Positions 14,968-28,500 of a stretch of 56,914 bases of DNA are shown piece after piece (the first letter of the stretch is position 1; each line of letters starts with the position of its first letter). The DNA is from Catajapyx aquilonaris (Eukaryota). Below the pieces are notes generated by a model, which worked only from the letters and a program-made list of their open reading frames with translations, was not told the DNA's origin and ran no database searches. The stretch covers positions 1 through 56,914 of the forward strand of contig KZ538642.1 of the NCBI GenBank assembly GCA_000934665.2, written 5' to 3'. The position numbers were made by a program, and so were the translations under genes.

Positions 14968-17900
14968 ACGAACTTAATATCTGCTCATTGTGTGAATTGA
15001 AACATATATAATTACAAAGTCGTATTACTCAAAATTTGCGTAATTTTTATGCTACTTGCAGTCTCACGATTTTTGAGCGTTTTCGACCCAAGGCTGTTTT
15101 GGTGATGAATGGCATGACCTGGAGCGAGAATCACGACCGGTGAAGGTCATTCGCAAGTGTGATTGATTGATTGGGTGATACGACACCTGTTTATGCCTGC
15201 AAAACAGCTGTTACAAGGGGTTTGCGATGATTTTTGCTAAGCAGGAGAGCCGCATTCCCTGCCTGCAAATTGCGGAACTGTTTTTTTTTTGTGTAAAAAG
15301 CAAGGACAATTTTTGCACACCTGTGTATAATTTGGGAGGTGTTCAGTGTGTTGTTTTTTTTAAATTTTAAAACCTGTCATTAACTAGCATCCTTCATTAA
15401 TAGAAACCCCCGTTCCGTTGAGGTATACCGTTACGTACTCGAGGAATGTCCATCAAAACATGGCCATTGTTGGTACGTCACCCAGGTCCAGGTTGGGGCC
15501 TGCTTAACAGTCACGTATGACAATACGTGTAGAATAAATTTACTAAGTTTGCAAAAAAATGGCATGAACATGTCGACAAAGTTGGTTCGCCGGAAACCCA
15601 CCCCATTTATGGTTCTGCTCATTAAAAGCATCTGAGGGCAATCACACCGAAGTCCTAAATGCCGGCTTGGTTTAAAACAAGCGAATTTTTTGCACACCCT
15701 GTAGTAAAATCCGGCAAAAAATGATTTAAGATGTAAAATTGTGATGTGACATCGCTATTGCTGATACAACTTTAAGATTTTAGCAACACCCTACGTTCTA
15801 GTTTGCAAGGTCTTGTGTACGGCCTCCAAGGACCATCATAAATTTTCTTATGGGACACCTTTGAAGTAAATTTTTTTTTGTCCAGCGGTTATCAAATCGC
15901 TATTAGCCCATGGCCAAACGTTACCATTTCGGTTCTCTTTTATGGAATGTGGTATGAAATTATTAAGAGGCATTGTCTGTCAGAAGGGCGGAATATGACG
16001 GGCGGGGTCTGAGGTCAATTCCAGTGGCACGAACACTTTTACTGCTAAGTGTCGAGGCTACAAGATCTGCATTATTTTGATTACGTCATTTCGTTACACA
16101 TGCGCAGTACTGGACAGAAAGATCAGACGATAATTTAGGCAAGATCTGCTATGCTTTTAGACTAACCTATAACGGATATTGGCCGAAATTTATTTTTAAC
16201 TAATTTCTGCCAAATTTCTGCTCAATATTCACCAAAATGTCATATCTCAGGGCGCATAAAGCTATCTGTGAACAATAAATAATTGTTCGGTTTTTCGGCT
16301 GCTGACGACCACATATCATCCTACAGCAAATGGACTGGTTTCCCCAAATTTACACAATATTGACCTTATTACGTTATATTTACATGCGAGGTCCAGCAGA
16401 CTGCTAGGGGCCAGAAACAGGCTTTACCACCAATTTTGCTCCAATCTGGTCAATACAACCACCAGAATAGCCACTCATGACGCACGTAAGCGAAAATCCA
16501 GGGCAGCTGAAAAAATCTGAGAAATATCAAGTTTCCTCCCCCACTTCCTCCGCCTCTCCCCACCTTCCAGCTCCCATGAGATAAGGATCTCATGTGCGCC
16601 GGAAGCCTTCCTCAAGGTAAATTCCACCCTCCACGGGCTGGCGGACTGGGGAGCGGCGGCATTCTCTCATTGGCTTGTTGGATAAACTGGGAGCGAATCG
16701 CCAGGTAACTGGCCCGTAGACAAGCAGGTGGGGAGAGGAGGAGAAAAGGTGGGCGAATTGCTTATCACATCGGGCGAATTCGCTCATTCATATTCGGACG
16801 AGACGTAGACTCGTGTGGGTCACTCCTTGGAAAAACACGTGGATTTGTCCGGTGGAAGTGTGTCCGGATTAAAGTGAAGTGAAGTGCAGTGTGGATATAT
16901 ACATAGTGTGGATCTGCAGTTGTCAGGTATGCGTGATGCTTGATTCACCAATTTTCGTGGTAAAAAATGTAGGGGACGAATGGATAGGGCCAAGGACAGT
17001 CACGAAGGTGGCAGGATGTGTGGCAATTTCTGACGTTGGATATGTCCAATGTGAGGTTGCATCGGAGCCAAGATGAAATTATTATAACAAAGTAGGGCCT
17101 AAGTCCGAATCGAGCTCTTAAATGAGTTATTAATTGCGTCTGACCCATTGACCCGATGCACGCCAGGTACAAGAGACACGCACCTGAAGAAAACTGCAGG
17201 CGAAAGGCTATTTTGGGTCGATTTGTCATAGAAAGTGACCTGAACTTCACTTGAGTTTAATTGCTCGCCGGAACTAATGAATTACCGGGGCACCACACCG
17301 TAACGGTTTGCTCGAGCGAATCTTTTAGCAAATTATTCTGGAGGGTTTTGCCCAGGGAGCCATGGTAATGCAATAATTTTAACAAACTTTGAAATTTAAA
17401 AAAAGTGAAGACTTGTTTGTTAGTTAAACTGATCGTCTTGAATAGTGAAATTCCCGCAATATGTACATCGTGTGATCGTGTGTGTGTGTGCGAATTCCGC
17501 CCATGCAAAAATCCATCTTCGAAGGAATTTTTCATCGCGCGTTTCTCACTATGCACGAAATGAAAACGTGTGAAATTATTACGGTGCGAAACAGTTACTA
17601 CATGTCATGCATAAGCGTGTAAATAGTGGCTGTGGCCCATGTTAGCTACTCCTGTTTTTTAAATGTACGGGATCAGACTTACAGTAAATAATGAATCTTG
17701 CCGTACTTGATATTGCCCAGACGAGTTTTTATGAAATCGTTATTTTAATTTATTTTAATTTATTTATTGACTGTTTGCGAATTATTCGTATGCGAACCAG
17801 TGCTCCAGTGCACCAAAATGAGTAATAGCATCCGGTTGCACCATAGGAGTTGACCAAAAATAGCACCGGTTTTACCTGCGGATGAGACCGGTTTCGACGG

Positions 17901-19349
17901 AGGCGAAGACATGGCGCAAAAGGCAAGTCCATGAGATATGGGTGGGCCTGAAGGGATATTGCTTGGGTGTCAAGGGGGCCCGGGAAGTTGCAAGATTTAA
18001 TGACCACGCCTGATTCGGGGAAAGGTTGGCCCTTGGGGGTGAAATCATCGGGATTCCGGCCACCCATTAATTGAATGATGTCACAATCGTCCAACCTCGA
18101 CCCCGCTCCAACCAGACCTTGAATCACAACTTGGTTGTTGCTTGATTAAGATTATCGGTAGGAGTTATCCGAGAGACCGTTACATAGGGTGTGTGACAAT
18201 TGGCGCCCAACGTGGGACACATGCTGTACTTGACAAATACGTAGACTTAGCAATTATTACTAATTGATTATATTGAATTAATATTGAACTGCCATTGGTT
18301 TGATAAATATGCTGCGGTTCAGTACGAGTATGTTGTTCAGATCTGACGTACATATACTGACTTATTACAATGAATACATCGGAAGCTGCGTGAAAGCTCA
18401 GTACATGCCGCGCATTTTGAGTTACGCGGATGTATGTTGTGTAATATACAACAATTGTTTCCGTGTTCCCACTGGTGTATATCAAATTTCCTGAAGATAA
18501 TTAAAATATCAGAACCCTTTGTTTTTTTTAGTCCGAGAAACTAATGGCGTCACGAGCCGATAGTAGTTATGTGGGTAGCAAAATAATTTGACACTTATCA
18601 GCCTTAGGGTGACGTCACTTTTTTTTTGCAAATATGGTGCGCTTAAGGCGGGCTGCCAGTCATTCAATGGAAGGTTTTTGCGACCAAGAATTCTGGCTCT
18701 CTTGGTCCTGCTTCACGCCTGATGGCTGCTTCACTGCAGCGAAACAAACTAGCCAACTGATCGGTTGACGTCAGAGGAAGTAGGCATAGGGGCCTGCAAA
18801 AAAAAGTTGCTGAAAAAAATAGCACAATAATCACTCTATGCAAATGTCTGATTGACGGCCCTAATTTGTGCAGCGATTTATTTCTGCTAAGTCTGACACC
18901 TCTGCATCACCCTCCAGTGGTACAACACTTTTTTTTGCGAACATTTTACACCTGTTATACCCCATAAAGTTAGGCAAACTACACCTCCAGGCAAATTGGC
19001 AAAGGTTCTCGGGGTGTGGCTCGCACAATTGGCTCAACGTCATAAATCTGCGCACTTTACCTGATTTTTACCCCAGTTTTTTTTTTGGAGGTGTCCAAAA
19101 TATGTTCCAAGTAGGTGTCGAGTATGTATTTTTTTGCTAGGTCATTGGGTGCTAATTACCCGACTTTTTTTTGTAGGTGTCATAAATGAGAGCGAAGTGT
19201 AACCCAAGGTGCAGAAGGAAATAAGGGAAAGCGACATGTATGTTAGAGTCGTAAACATTCTTGAACAGCAGGCGTCTGATTGAAAAAAAAAAACTTGCCT
19301 TTAAATCGGGTCGTAAAATTCCTTGAAGTAGCCATACGCAGCAGGTTTA

Positions 19350-20060
19350 TGATCAAAAAAATATTTTGCTCTATATTTGAGCTCAATTTCTCCTAAAAAT
19401 ATTTTCTCAATATTTGACTTAATAATAATAATAATAATTTGTGGGTAATGCTTTCACCCCTACCGGGGTATATAGCATGGACCTTTATTGTATTTTGAGA
19501 TGTTAAGTACATGGTGCCTATTTCATGAAAGCCCGGGCCCACGGGCAGGATGACAGGAGGGGATGTGCAAGTGCAGTGCGGTAACGGTGCTTGGTCGTTT
19601 TGTGAACTCCCCCGGGTGGTTTAGTCTGTGGATATACCACCCGAGACGAAGCCAGAGACGACCCCAGAACTCTGCACGAGATGAAGGGGGTGTCCCCGGG
19701 CCGGGATCGAACCCGGGACCTTAACATCCGTGGGCGCGCACGTTACCGCGGCGCCACTCCGTCTCCCTTCAATATTTGACTTCAATTGATGGTCAAAATA
19801 TTTGCTCAATATCTGAGCTCAATTGATGATTCTAATTTTTTTTTCAATATTTGAGCTCAATTTTTGTTCAAAATATTTTCTCAGTATTTGAGCTCAATTT
19901 ATGCTCAAAATATTTTTTCGATATTTGAGCTCAATTGATGATTATAATATTTTTTCGATATTTGAGCTCAATTGATGCTTATAATATTTTGTCAATATTT
20001 GAGCTCGATTGATGCTTATAATATTTTTCAATATTTGAGTTCAATTTTTTGCTGATAATT
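19350..20060. repeat. ~39-bp tandem minisatellite interrupted by a SINE
   Basis: Unit approximately TCAATATTTGAGCTCAATTGATGCTTATAATATTTTT, about 10 degenerate copies. Confidence 0.85.
19421..19768 (-). mobile_element. Full-length tRNA-derived SINE
   Basis: Minus-strand A box TGGCGCCGCGG (19756-19746), B box GGTTCGATCCC (19713-19703), (TTA)n tail, 14-bp target-site duplication TCAATATTTGACTT at 19407-19420 and 19769-19782. Confidence 0.85.
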
Positions 20061-20989
20061 TTTTTCCCCCAATATTTCAAGAACGACCAATGACGCTATA
20101 ATATCATCGTATGAACGCCTCAGAAATGTGGCACAAGCCCTTGGAAATTGCACCCAATCAGTTGAGATTCTCAGGGACCGACACAATAACAAGTCCACAT
20201 TAATGATGGCCCCTGGGATGGTAAAAGAGGCGGCTCCTTCTTACATTTCTTCCTGCTTTGGAGACCTCCTCCAGTTCTGTTTTTTTTTTTTTTCCTTCTT
20301 CTTCTTCTTTGAAACCATCGGTAACGAGCAGGGGAAGAATAGTTTTTTTCTGAGACATTTCGGTGGGAAACTTTTGCTACACTTTGTTTAAACCGGAGCC
20401 ACGTAGTGTTCCGTCATTGAAGGAACGTATTTTATACGCCCCTTTGCACTTATCTGGACTGAAGAAAAAGGAGGGGGTGAAAAGAAAGGGGTAATGAAGA
20501 GAGTGATGGGATTTNGTCCCCCCCCCCCCCCCCCCCACTTCTTTTCCCCTGTTTTTTTATATATCTTGTTCGTCGTCGTTTATTCTTTGCCGGCCTCTTT
20601 TCAGGTCTTTTTCTTGGGAATTGCGAGGTTGCCGATGGGAAAAATGGTGGGGCTTCTGGAGTAAATGGGGCGTATTCAACAAAGTTGTCAAACTCGAGTG
20701 TCATCTGTGGGAATGTCGCTGTTGCAAACTCTCACATTTCTTTGGCTTAGGGCAAGAGTCATCTAAAATGTTCATGTTGAAAATGAATTGAATACGCCCA
20801 TTTCACTCTGAGGTCTTCAATTAATGTGGCTGATACAGTTTGAATTGATTTTTTTTTTTTTGCAAATTTTAATAAAAAATTGTTTGACGATAGTTTGAAT
20901 ACCAGCACTTCTCTATACTTATATGAGCGTAAAAGTTTGTACATATCTATGTATGGTTATCTGGGATACCGGACACCTCTGAGAGTGCT

Positions 20990-21152
20990 TTAATTTGGGG
21001 GCTTAACGTCGGCCTATTTCTGCCAGGGGGTGGTTCTTCTCCTGGAAATTTAGCCACTCTGGGGATCTTTAACGTGCACTCGCGCAATGTCACAAGCACA
21101 CGGGACCGACGGCTTTACTTCCCCTCCGAATGCTCACTTTTCTACCACCCTG
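20990..21152 (-). mobile_element. 5'-truncated SINE with Nin/Deu-domain-like core
   Basis: Minus strand TTCGGAGGGGAAGTAAAGCCGTCGGTCCCG...GTGCACGTTAAAGATCCC; flanked by 14-bp direct repeat CCTCTGAGAGTGCT (20976-20989, 21153-21166); second copy at 6691-6806. Confidence 0.75.
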
Positions 21153-22749
21153 CCTCTGAGAGTGCTGACATTTGGCACACATGTCTTATTTGCCAATGAT
21201 TAAGTGAAAAGTCCGAAAACGGCACTTTTTTGAGTTCAAATGCCCAAAATTTAGGCTTTTTTTGTGTTTTTTTGTTTAATTCTGAGGCGATAATTGTCAA
21301 CACCACCACAAATGGCGCTTCTAGGTTTTACAAACTTCTCTCATTTATCAATCCACATGCGAAGAACGGATCCACTGCTAGTATTCACCTTCTATACTTA
21401 AGTAAATCGTACTCAAATATCGGGTGAAAATCACTCGGGTAAAATTTTGACCCAACTATTCAAAATATTCCAGACAACACAATATTGGCATTGATGACGC
21501 ATATATGGGCGAACTGTTGATATTACAAATTTAATAGCCATATTGTTAGCAATGCTAGTGAGTCAACAAGGTTAGCCAGGGAAAAAAAAAAGAAACTTGG
21601 CATCACTTCCTTCCCATTTATTTTTTTTTCTATACACATTTTCCTAAAGAAGGAACTGTTTTCTTCTCCATCTTCTTCTTCCCCTGGTCGAAGGCCCAAG
21701 GGAAGCAAATTAGGGCCCCATTGTCTCGAGGATGGGAGAGAAGCAGGTGAAGGAACACGAGGAGGTGGAACCCGAAGAGAAAAAGAAGAAGCATGTTGAT
21801 GATTCCTTGATTTGGACCTTGGTGGGGGCGGCTCCCTTTGTGCTTCCCCATTTGGGGGTCCCCCTCTTCTTCTTTACCTGGCCACCACCTTCTGGGTCAC
21901 TTGAGGCATTCGGCCTTGTGGGCAACACGTGCTCGCTGGGTACACACGGAAACCCTACCAAAAAGACAAACCAACCCTATTGGATATCTAGCTACGCAAT
22001 CTTGTAGGGGGTGAAAATGGTTTGGTGGAACTTGACGAGGACGAAGCTCCTTTCACTTTCGAACCGGTTCTCCAATTGACCGGGATCGGGAGCCAGTTCA
22101 TGTGTTGGGGACGATAAACACTCTTCACTTGTATCCCGGAACTTGTTTGGCACACCACATTTTTCGTAGGGGGAGAAAGGTATGGGGGAGAAGAAAATGT
22201 TTCGTTATCTAGTGAACTGTTCTTACTAGTGCAATGGCAGAGTTCAAACTACTTGTTGCTCCTGGATGTGGTACATGCTCTAACAGGCTTACCACACACA
22301 TGGTTATGGCCATTGCACATTCAGTGACAAGGTTTTATCTTTTTTATGAGGGCAACCAGAATTTTATACCTCTTGGAATAGTTTTTTAAAACTATCAATT
22401 GTCAATATTGCATTCTCCTCATATGTTATCATGGTTATGTCATTGTGTATGACCGGTTGTTTCTATTCAAATTAAGGGGAAAATCGGCATGATGTTGGCA
22501 TTCGCATTGTGAATACATGTTGCTAATTTGCTTTCACATACAATACAATCTATGAGCTATTTCAGAAGGCAATATCTGCCCTGTTTTACTTGCACCACTA
22601 ATGGTAGATGATTTTTAACGAAATGTATGGATGACCCATCTTGAGTGGTACAACCCTTCAAAAAATACCGCTAACTCGTCACTCATTGAAAGTCTTCCAT
22701 ATTCGACACACCCTGAACTCCCAATCTAATAATTCGATCTCTGTTCTAG

Positions 22750-25510
22750 GCCCAGCGATTGGCTCAGTATGAGCACTTCTTACAGGAGATCCTTCGAGAC
22801 ACCAGCACCGAGCATCCTGACTCTGAGGAATTGGCTCGTGCCCACCACCGAGCTAGCGAGGTGAGTAAAAGACCCCCTTTTTTGAGTCTAAATGGGACTG
22901 TTTTGGGCTGGGATTTGGTGCATTCACCTCCTAGGAACAGAACACACCTGTAAGGGGTCGCTGTCCTCATTCCCTTCTCCCTCTCCCCTATTACCCTCTC
23001 CTTTCTCTCTCTCTCCTTCCACTCCTTCCGTCTCGTGGCTCGTGTGCGTGAGTGAGTGAGTGAGTGAGTGAACATGTACTGTATATGCACTGTGCTTGGC
23101 TTGTCTCATGGAAAATATGACTGGTTTTAGAGCAAATCAGACGATGGCCCATATTTCAGGGCTGGACCCTCTCAATTAGTTTAAAATATTCACACCTGCA
23201 CAATTAATTTGAATATTATTTTTGTCGTTAAAAGTCCTAATCATTGATATACATACATACATCCGTATACATACACATAGGTATACATATACATCCGTAT
23301 ACATACACCCATACACACATACATATATAAATTACCGATAGGATATTCAGAGAAGGAACCAGCACTATGGGTGAATTTTTTTTAAAAAAAATCGTAGTAA
23401 ATTTTTTACGACGTGGCCATAAATCTGCGAGCCTTTTTAAGACATGTGTACCTTTCAAGGTGGGTACATGTTTGTACGGAAGGGAAAGCGTGGCTAACAA
23501 GTCGTGTGGTATCGAGTCGAATGCGTAATTATTCCCATCCACCCCACCCCCCACCCCCCAGGCCTGATCTTTTCAATAGTGTACATTAATTTTATCTGCG
23601 GGTAAAGCAGCCTAATTGCATTACAGCCAAAAAGGTAAATCATACCTGGCGGTACTTCTTTACGGTTCATTAGCCCATGAAAGGGGAGGCCCCGTTGCAC
23701 ACCCAGGGGATTCCGGAGTCCAAGGAATCTGTCTCACCCTGTGGATTTACTGGAAGAGTAATGCTCGTGTGTCCCACCATTTGAATTAAACAAACCAGAT
23801 GTAATTTGTCACCAAATTGTTTGAAAAATGTCCCGGCCACTTCCGACATCACTTAATAAATGGTACCTGTTCTACCAAATATTATTGGTCAGCTCCGCTA
23901 TACATATGCAACCCTGAGGGCACTGAACCTACTAGTGAAATAGCTACTAATTAATAGCAAACTCCTGGAGTTATTATCAGGAAGAGCTGAAAATATAGCA
24001 ATCATATAGAGAAATTAAATTAATTTTTTTAAAATAATCACATAATATTATACTGTACAGTACCCACAGCATAACTTCTCAAAAATGGAATTAGGCGACA
24101 CACTGATTGGTGGAGCAGAGGGTGGGGTTCCCTGCTCCACCAATCATGTCGTGGGTACAGTGCGGTACAAAAGAAATGCTCTTTTGAAACCCTACAGTGC
24201 AATATTTAAGACATGCCTAATTTCTTTTTGCGAAGTTAGGATGTGGGTACTGCAGAATGTAATTAAATGAATAAAATTAACACATTAGGGGAAGGGTCCG
24301 GCCAATATCCAAAAAAGGTCAAAGGTCATAGTAACGTTCTGGATGCCCATAAGCACTAAATGTATCTCTAACTGATATAACAACTAACTCTAGCTGTAGC
24401 TGCCAATGAATGCGGAAAGAACCCTGAGGACATGTGATGAAGACAAGACGATATCACAGATCGGGTCCGAAATGATTGATGCGCTTAGGAGGGCAAGTTC
24501 AGGGTGGGTAGACTCCTTCTGCCCACCCATAAACATGAGGGGGGGGGGGGGGGGGNCTAGGAATGTGGTGGTTAGGTCAGCATAGTGACGTCAGCAGAAC
24601 GTGGCCGTTTGTTGTTGACGGTCGAGTGCAGGACTGTCAAGTTAGAGGAAGGGACTGGAAATTATGGCACGGTCTCCGTTTCAAGTTCTGATAACATGTA
24701 AGCGGGTCAGGTTTTATTCAACTCTTATCACATTTTTTGATTACAAAAGTTCAAAGCCCCCTTAGGACGATTATAATGGAATAATATTTACGACTGGGTG
24801 GACTTATAACAACACGATGGAAAGTGCGGATGTTGAAGTTTTTCGTAAGTGCTCAACAGCTGGTGTGCAAAAATTTATTCTGGTCAGACACTAGATGGGT
24901 GTCTGGTACATCAATCTGTGTGTCAATGGCGAAAAAACACTGGGAAGAATGATTGTTTTGGCAGTGTGGGTATTGAGGAAGAATTTACACGTGTAGATAT
25001 TGTCACGTTAGCCTGTCAAATTGTGCAGTGTTTTAAAATTAAAATTAAAAGCATATCGCTAATTAAGCTGAATATGGCTACACTAATCTTGAATGTGCTG
25101 TGCTCATGTACTGGCTGATACTTACCCATTGTCTACAACCACCCTTATCAGTATGTAGCTGCAAAAAAAGGGTGTTAGGAAAACATGTGTACAAATGAGT
25201 GACCTTGCCCAAACTTTCCGGCTTATTCCTCCGATATCAAATGTGTCACGTTATCCTGTTCCTGCCATGTCACCTTTTGTCAACATAAGTCGGGAAGTGG
25301 TCCAAAACCACAAAGCCATTGTGTGTGACCCTTTTCGCAACTCGCGCAGGCAAAGGGCCACACGCATCGGCCTAAGGACCACACCCCGATAGATACACCT
25401 TGTCACAAAGAGTACCGTTGCACCTCTACCATTTGTCACGGAATCTACTTGGTATTATATGGGGGTGGATGAAACAGGTCGTCGTCCATGAGGGGACTGG
25501 GATGGTCAGC

Positions 25511-25545
<35 letters not shown>

Positions 25546-28500
25546 GTGGCCCCGAGCCAAGGGAATATATTCCTTTTGGCCCGCTCTTCAGACGTGACTT
25601 TTTTGCCACCGGGGCGAAGTCTTTTAAAGCGCTTTGGCTTGTGTTGAAGGGGGACAATAACCCGGTGCTTGAAACTTCGGTGCTGGAATTTTTATCATGT
25701 TGTCAGGAAGTGTCAGGGAGAGGATCCAATGATGGCAACGGTGTCCCGGATCCTCCATGTCTGGCTGTTGCGTACGACGAAGCCAATTACCAGTCATTAC
25801 TGGTCGTAAATTCGCCAAGTTTCACATGTGAACCGTTGATGTGGTCTGGAACATCGATACTGATATCGATATTTCCTGTTTTGACCATTTTTTAAATTTT
25901 TTAATTTATTACGTGTTTGACACCGGTACCGTCTGCCACTATTTTATTTATTTATTTATTTATTTATTTATTTGTGACGACGATACTAGTAAATTGATAT
26001 TACAGAAACAAAATGGCGTTTCCCGCCAAATTCAGCATTGGCTGGAGCGCAGTCTGATCAGTGTTGCCTAATTTGCTGACGTGTCAACACCCACACCTTA
26101 TAACGTCCTAATCTCGTAGAGAGAGACATGCACGCAGGAGGAAAAAATTCGCATAGACATGGAAGTTCCAGAGAAAGTGGCTGGGTCAGGAAGAAGGTGG
26201 AGGGGCCACCTAATCAAGGAGGAGTCTTATTTGGCTGTCGTGCTCAAAAGTAGTGCATCTTTGCGTGCCGCATGGTCGTTTTTCCCAAGGAAAATAAAAA
26301 AAAATTGGCTGGTCAAACAGGTCGTATAACCACCCCCATGAAACAGAGACAACGAGATATACAACCTGTTGTATGAAACATTTTCCCCCAAAATATGAAG
26401 CGATAGGTTGTCATGTCACCGAAAAATTCTGCAGAGACACCTTGTTGTTTTGCTATATGTTTTTTTTTTTATTTATTTTTTTTTTCCACTGTCTAACTTG
26501 GCATTTCAAGTAGGTTGCTCACTATAACGTGACAGTCACGACGGGAACAAGCCGAAACGTGCAGAACGACCATTAGCAAACCGGTTGATTATGACCCTNG
26601 GGGGGGGGAGGGGGGGGGACTTGCTACAAACTTGTCTAACAATATTTTTAGCTAATTTGATTTTTTTTTGAACGATCTCTTTATTTTTATGAGGTGATTC
26701 CTATTGTGCAAATCCGGATTTGTAGGGATTAAATATTGGAGATTAAAGACGTAAATCAAAATTATTGGATTGTCCAGTAGCGGCTGGAACACGCCCCTAA
26801 ATTTATTGCTAAGCACGTCCCATTTTCAGAGTAAGTCCATCCAATTAACATGCCGAGGTCACTCTTCCATGTTGGTCAGATTAACAAGTCATTGTTGCCG
26901 GACACTGTCTATAGTTGAAGGCACATGCCCGCGGAAGTCACAACGAGGGTTTCCACAGCACGTGTCTGGCGAGGTAAATTCCCTTGGAGCGTCAAGATCA
27001 CGGACTGGCGACCAAGCTCTTCTAGAAGAGGGCAACATGCAACCACGCCCGACTGCCCTCCATGTCTACCATATCTTCCTCCGCAATTAATTTGCACCAT
27101 GAAAACCAAGCATGAAGGGTTATGTTTTTTAAATGGTAAAAAAAAATTACTCGTGACAAACGTGGTTGATTACGATCGGGGTCATAGGTCATATAAAATT
27201 TTTTTTCTTAAATTTAATATTTTGGTTGGTGCTTAAATAGCACGCACTCTTTGCAAACATATAATCAAGGCGGTTTCTACGTCTTGAAAACATTCGCTTT
27301 TTCCTGCTGACACAAATGACGTCACTGATCGAATCCTCTCAATTAAAGTCCTTGAGCAGCCATTGTCAATAATCCTTTCATGATGGGAAAATTTTGCAGA
27401 ATTTTGCAGTGTGATGAGCGAGTCCTTAATTGTTAGATGGAACCATCTCTTTGCATGCAGACTCCCGTTGGAAGAAGCTTTTTCTCACGGTGGCCACATA
27501 GGTTAGTTGGTGAGGTTGGTAGTACTTGCAAAAAAATATATTAAAAAAAAAAATAGCGATCAGACGAATTCGAATCGGATTACGTAAAAGACGTTTCAAG
27601 GTGGGATCGTGCAGCCTTGAGATTAAAAATTTTAAGAGTTTTTTTTAAAAGAGATATAATGGGGGCAACATGTTGGCCACGGTGTGCGTGAAAGGAAACA
27701 AAAGAGTGGGTTGTAACTGGCCAACACGATTTGATGCTCGAGTTTTTTTTTCATGTGTGGACAGTGGTCGTTACTACTGGTATTGGACTTACGCCCTTTT
27801 GTTTTACCAGATGGTGAGATAAACAGACTGTTCCCACCTTCGGCAGGTTGAAGTGCACGGAAAACTGCATTATGCATCACGCCCACTTAGTTATGCAACA
27901 ATTGAATCGCGTTAAATAATTGAAAACGGAAGCGTGTAATTGCGTAATGCTAGAAGCGCATTGTTATTGCATGATACTCGTGTCCAACAACCGGATAAAT
28001 GAATTGTTGCCCCTAGCAACATTGGTAGCGGCTTTCACCTGCCCTGCGAAAATTTCCACATATGCCACACCTTATGCGTGAAAGTAGTCGGATCAGTTTG
28101 GTGACGAAATGTGGAAAAATGTGGAATTATTTTTTTTCCAAGAAATTTTCAGAGGTGCTTTTGTCCAGTTCAAGGACATCGTATATCTGAAGCCCCCATC
28201 GTTTTAAGGGCGATGCAATCGAAAATTTTTGGTGGCTTCCAAAGTCAGAGTGGTGGGGGCTTGAAATGCCCAAACCTGTCCATCAAGGATATTGCTATGG
28301 TTAGGCTTAGGAGGAAACCGTAGTACCATCAGACTAACTGTGGCGCCGTCGCGGGACGTCGGGCCAGTAAGGAGCCAAAGAAACGGTTTTTAAAAAAGAA
28401 AAAAAAAATGGGCTCCCTCCACTGCCCCACCCTATTGTCACACCTAGTAACCCTAGAGAGCCTAGAGAGAATCCTCCCTTTCTATTTCTCAAAATATAAA

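Noticed and set aside
19690..19768. tRNA gene
   Set aside because: A/B boxes are followed by a non-tRNA body, simple-repeat tail and TSD, so it is a SINE head.
19783..20060. CRISPR-like regularly spaced repeats
   Set aside because: Units are contiguous and degenerate with no unique spacers, there are no cas genes, and the context is eukaryotic: a minisatellite.
21732..22007. MGEKQVKEHEEVEPEEKKKK ORF as an N-terminal exon of the RhoGAP
   Set aside because: No convincing in-phase donor before the stop; the purine-rich bias alone explains the peptide.
25400..25895. Poly-His / poly-Met / poly-Ile ORFs
   Set aside because: Translation of a (CAT)11 microsatellite.
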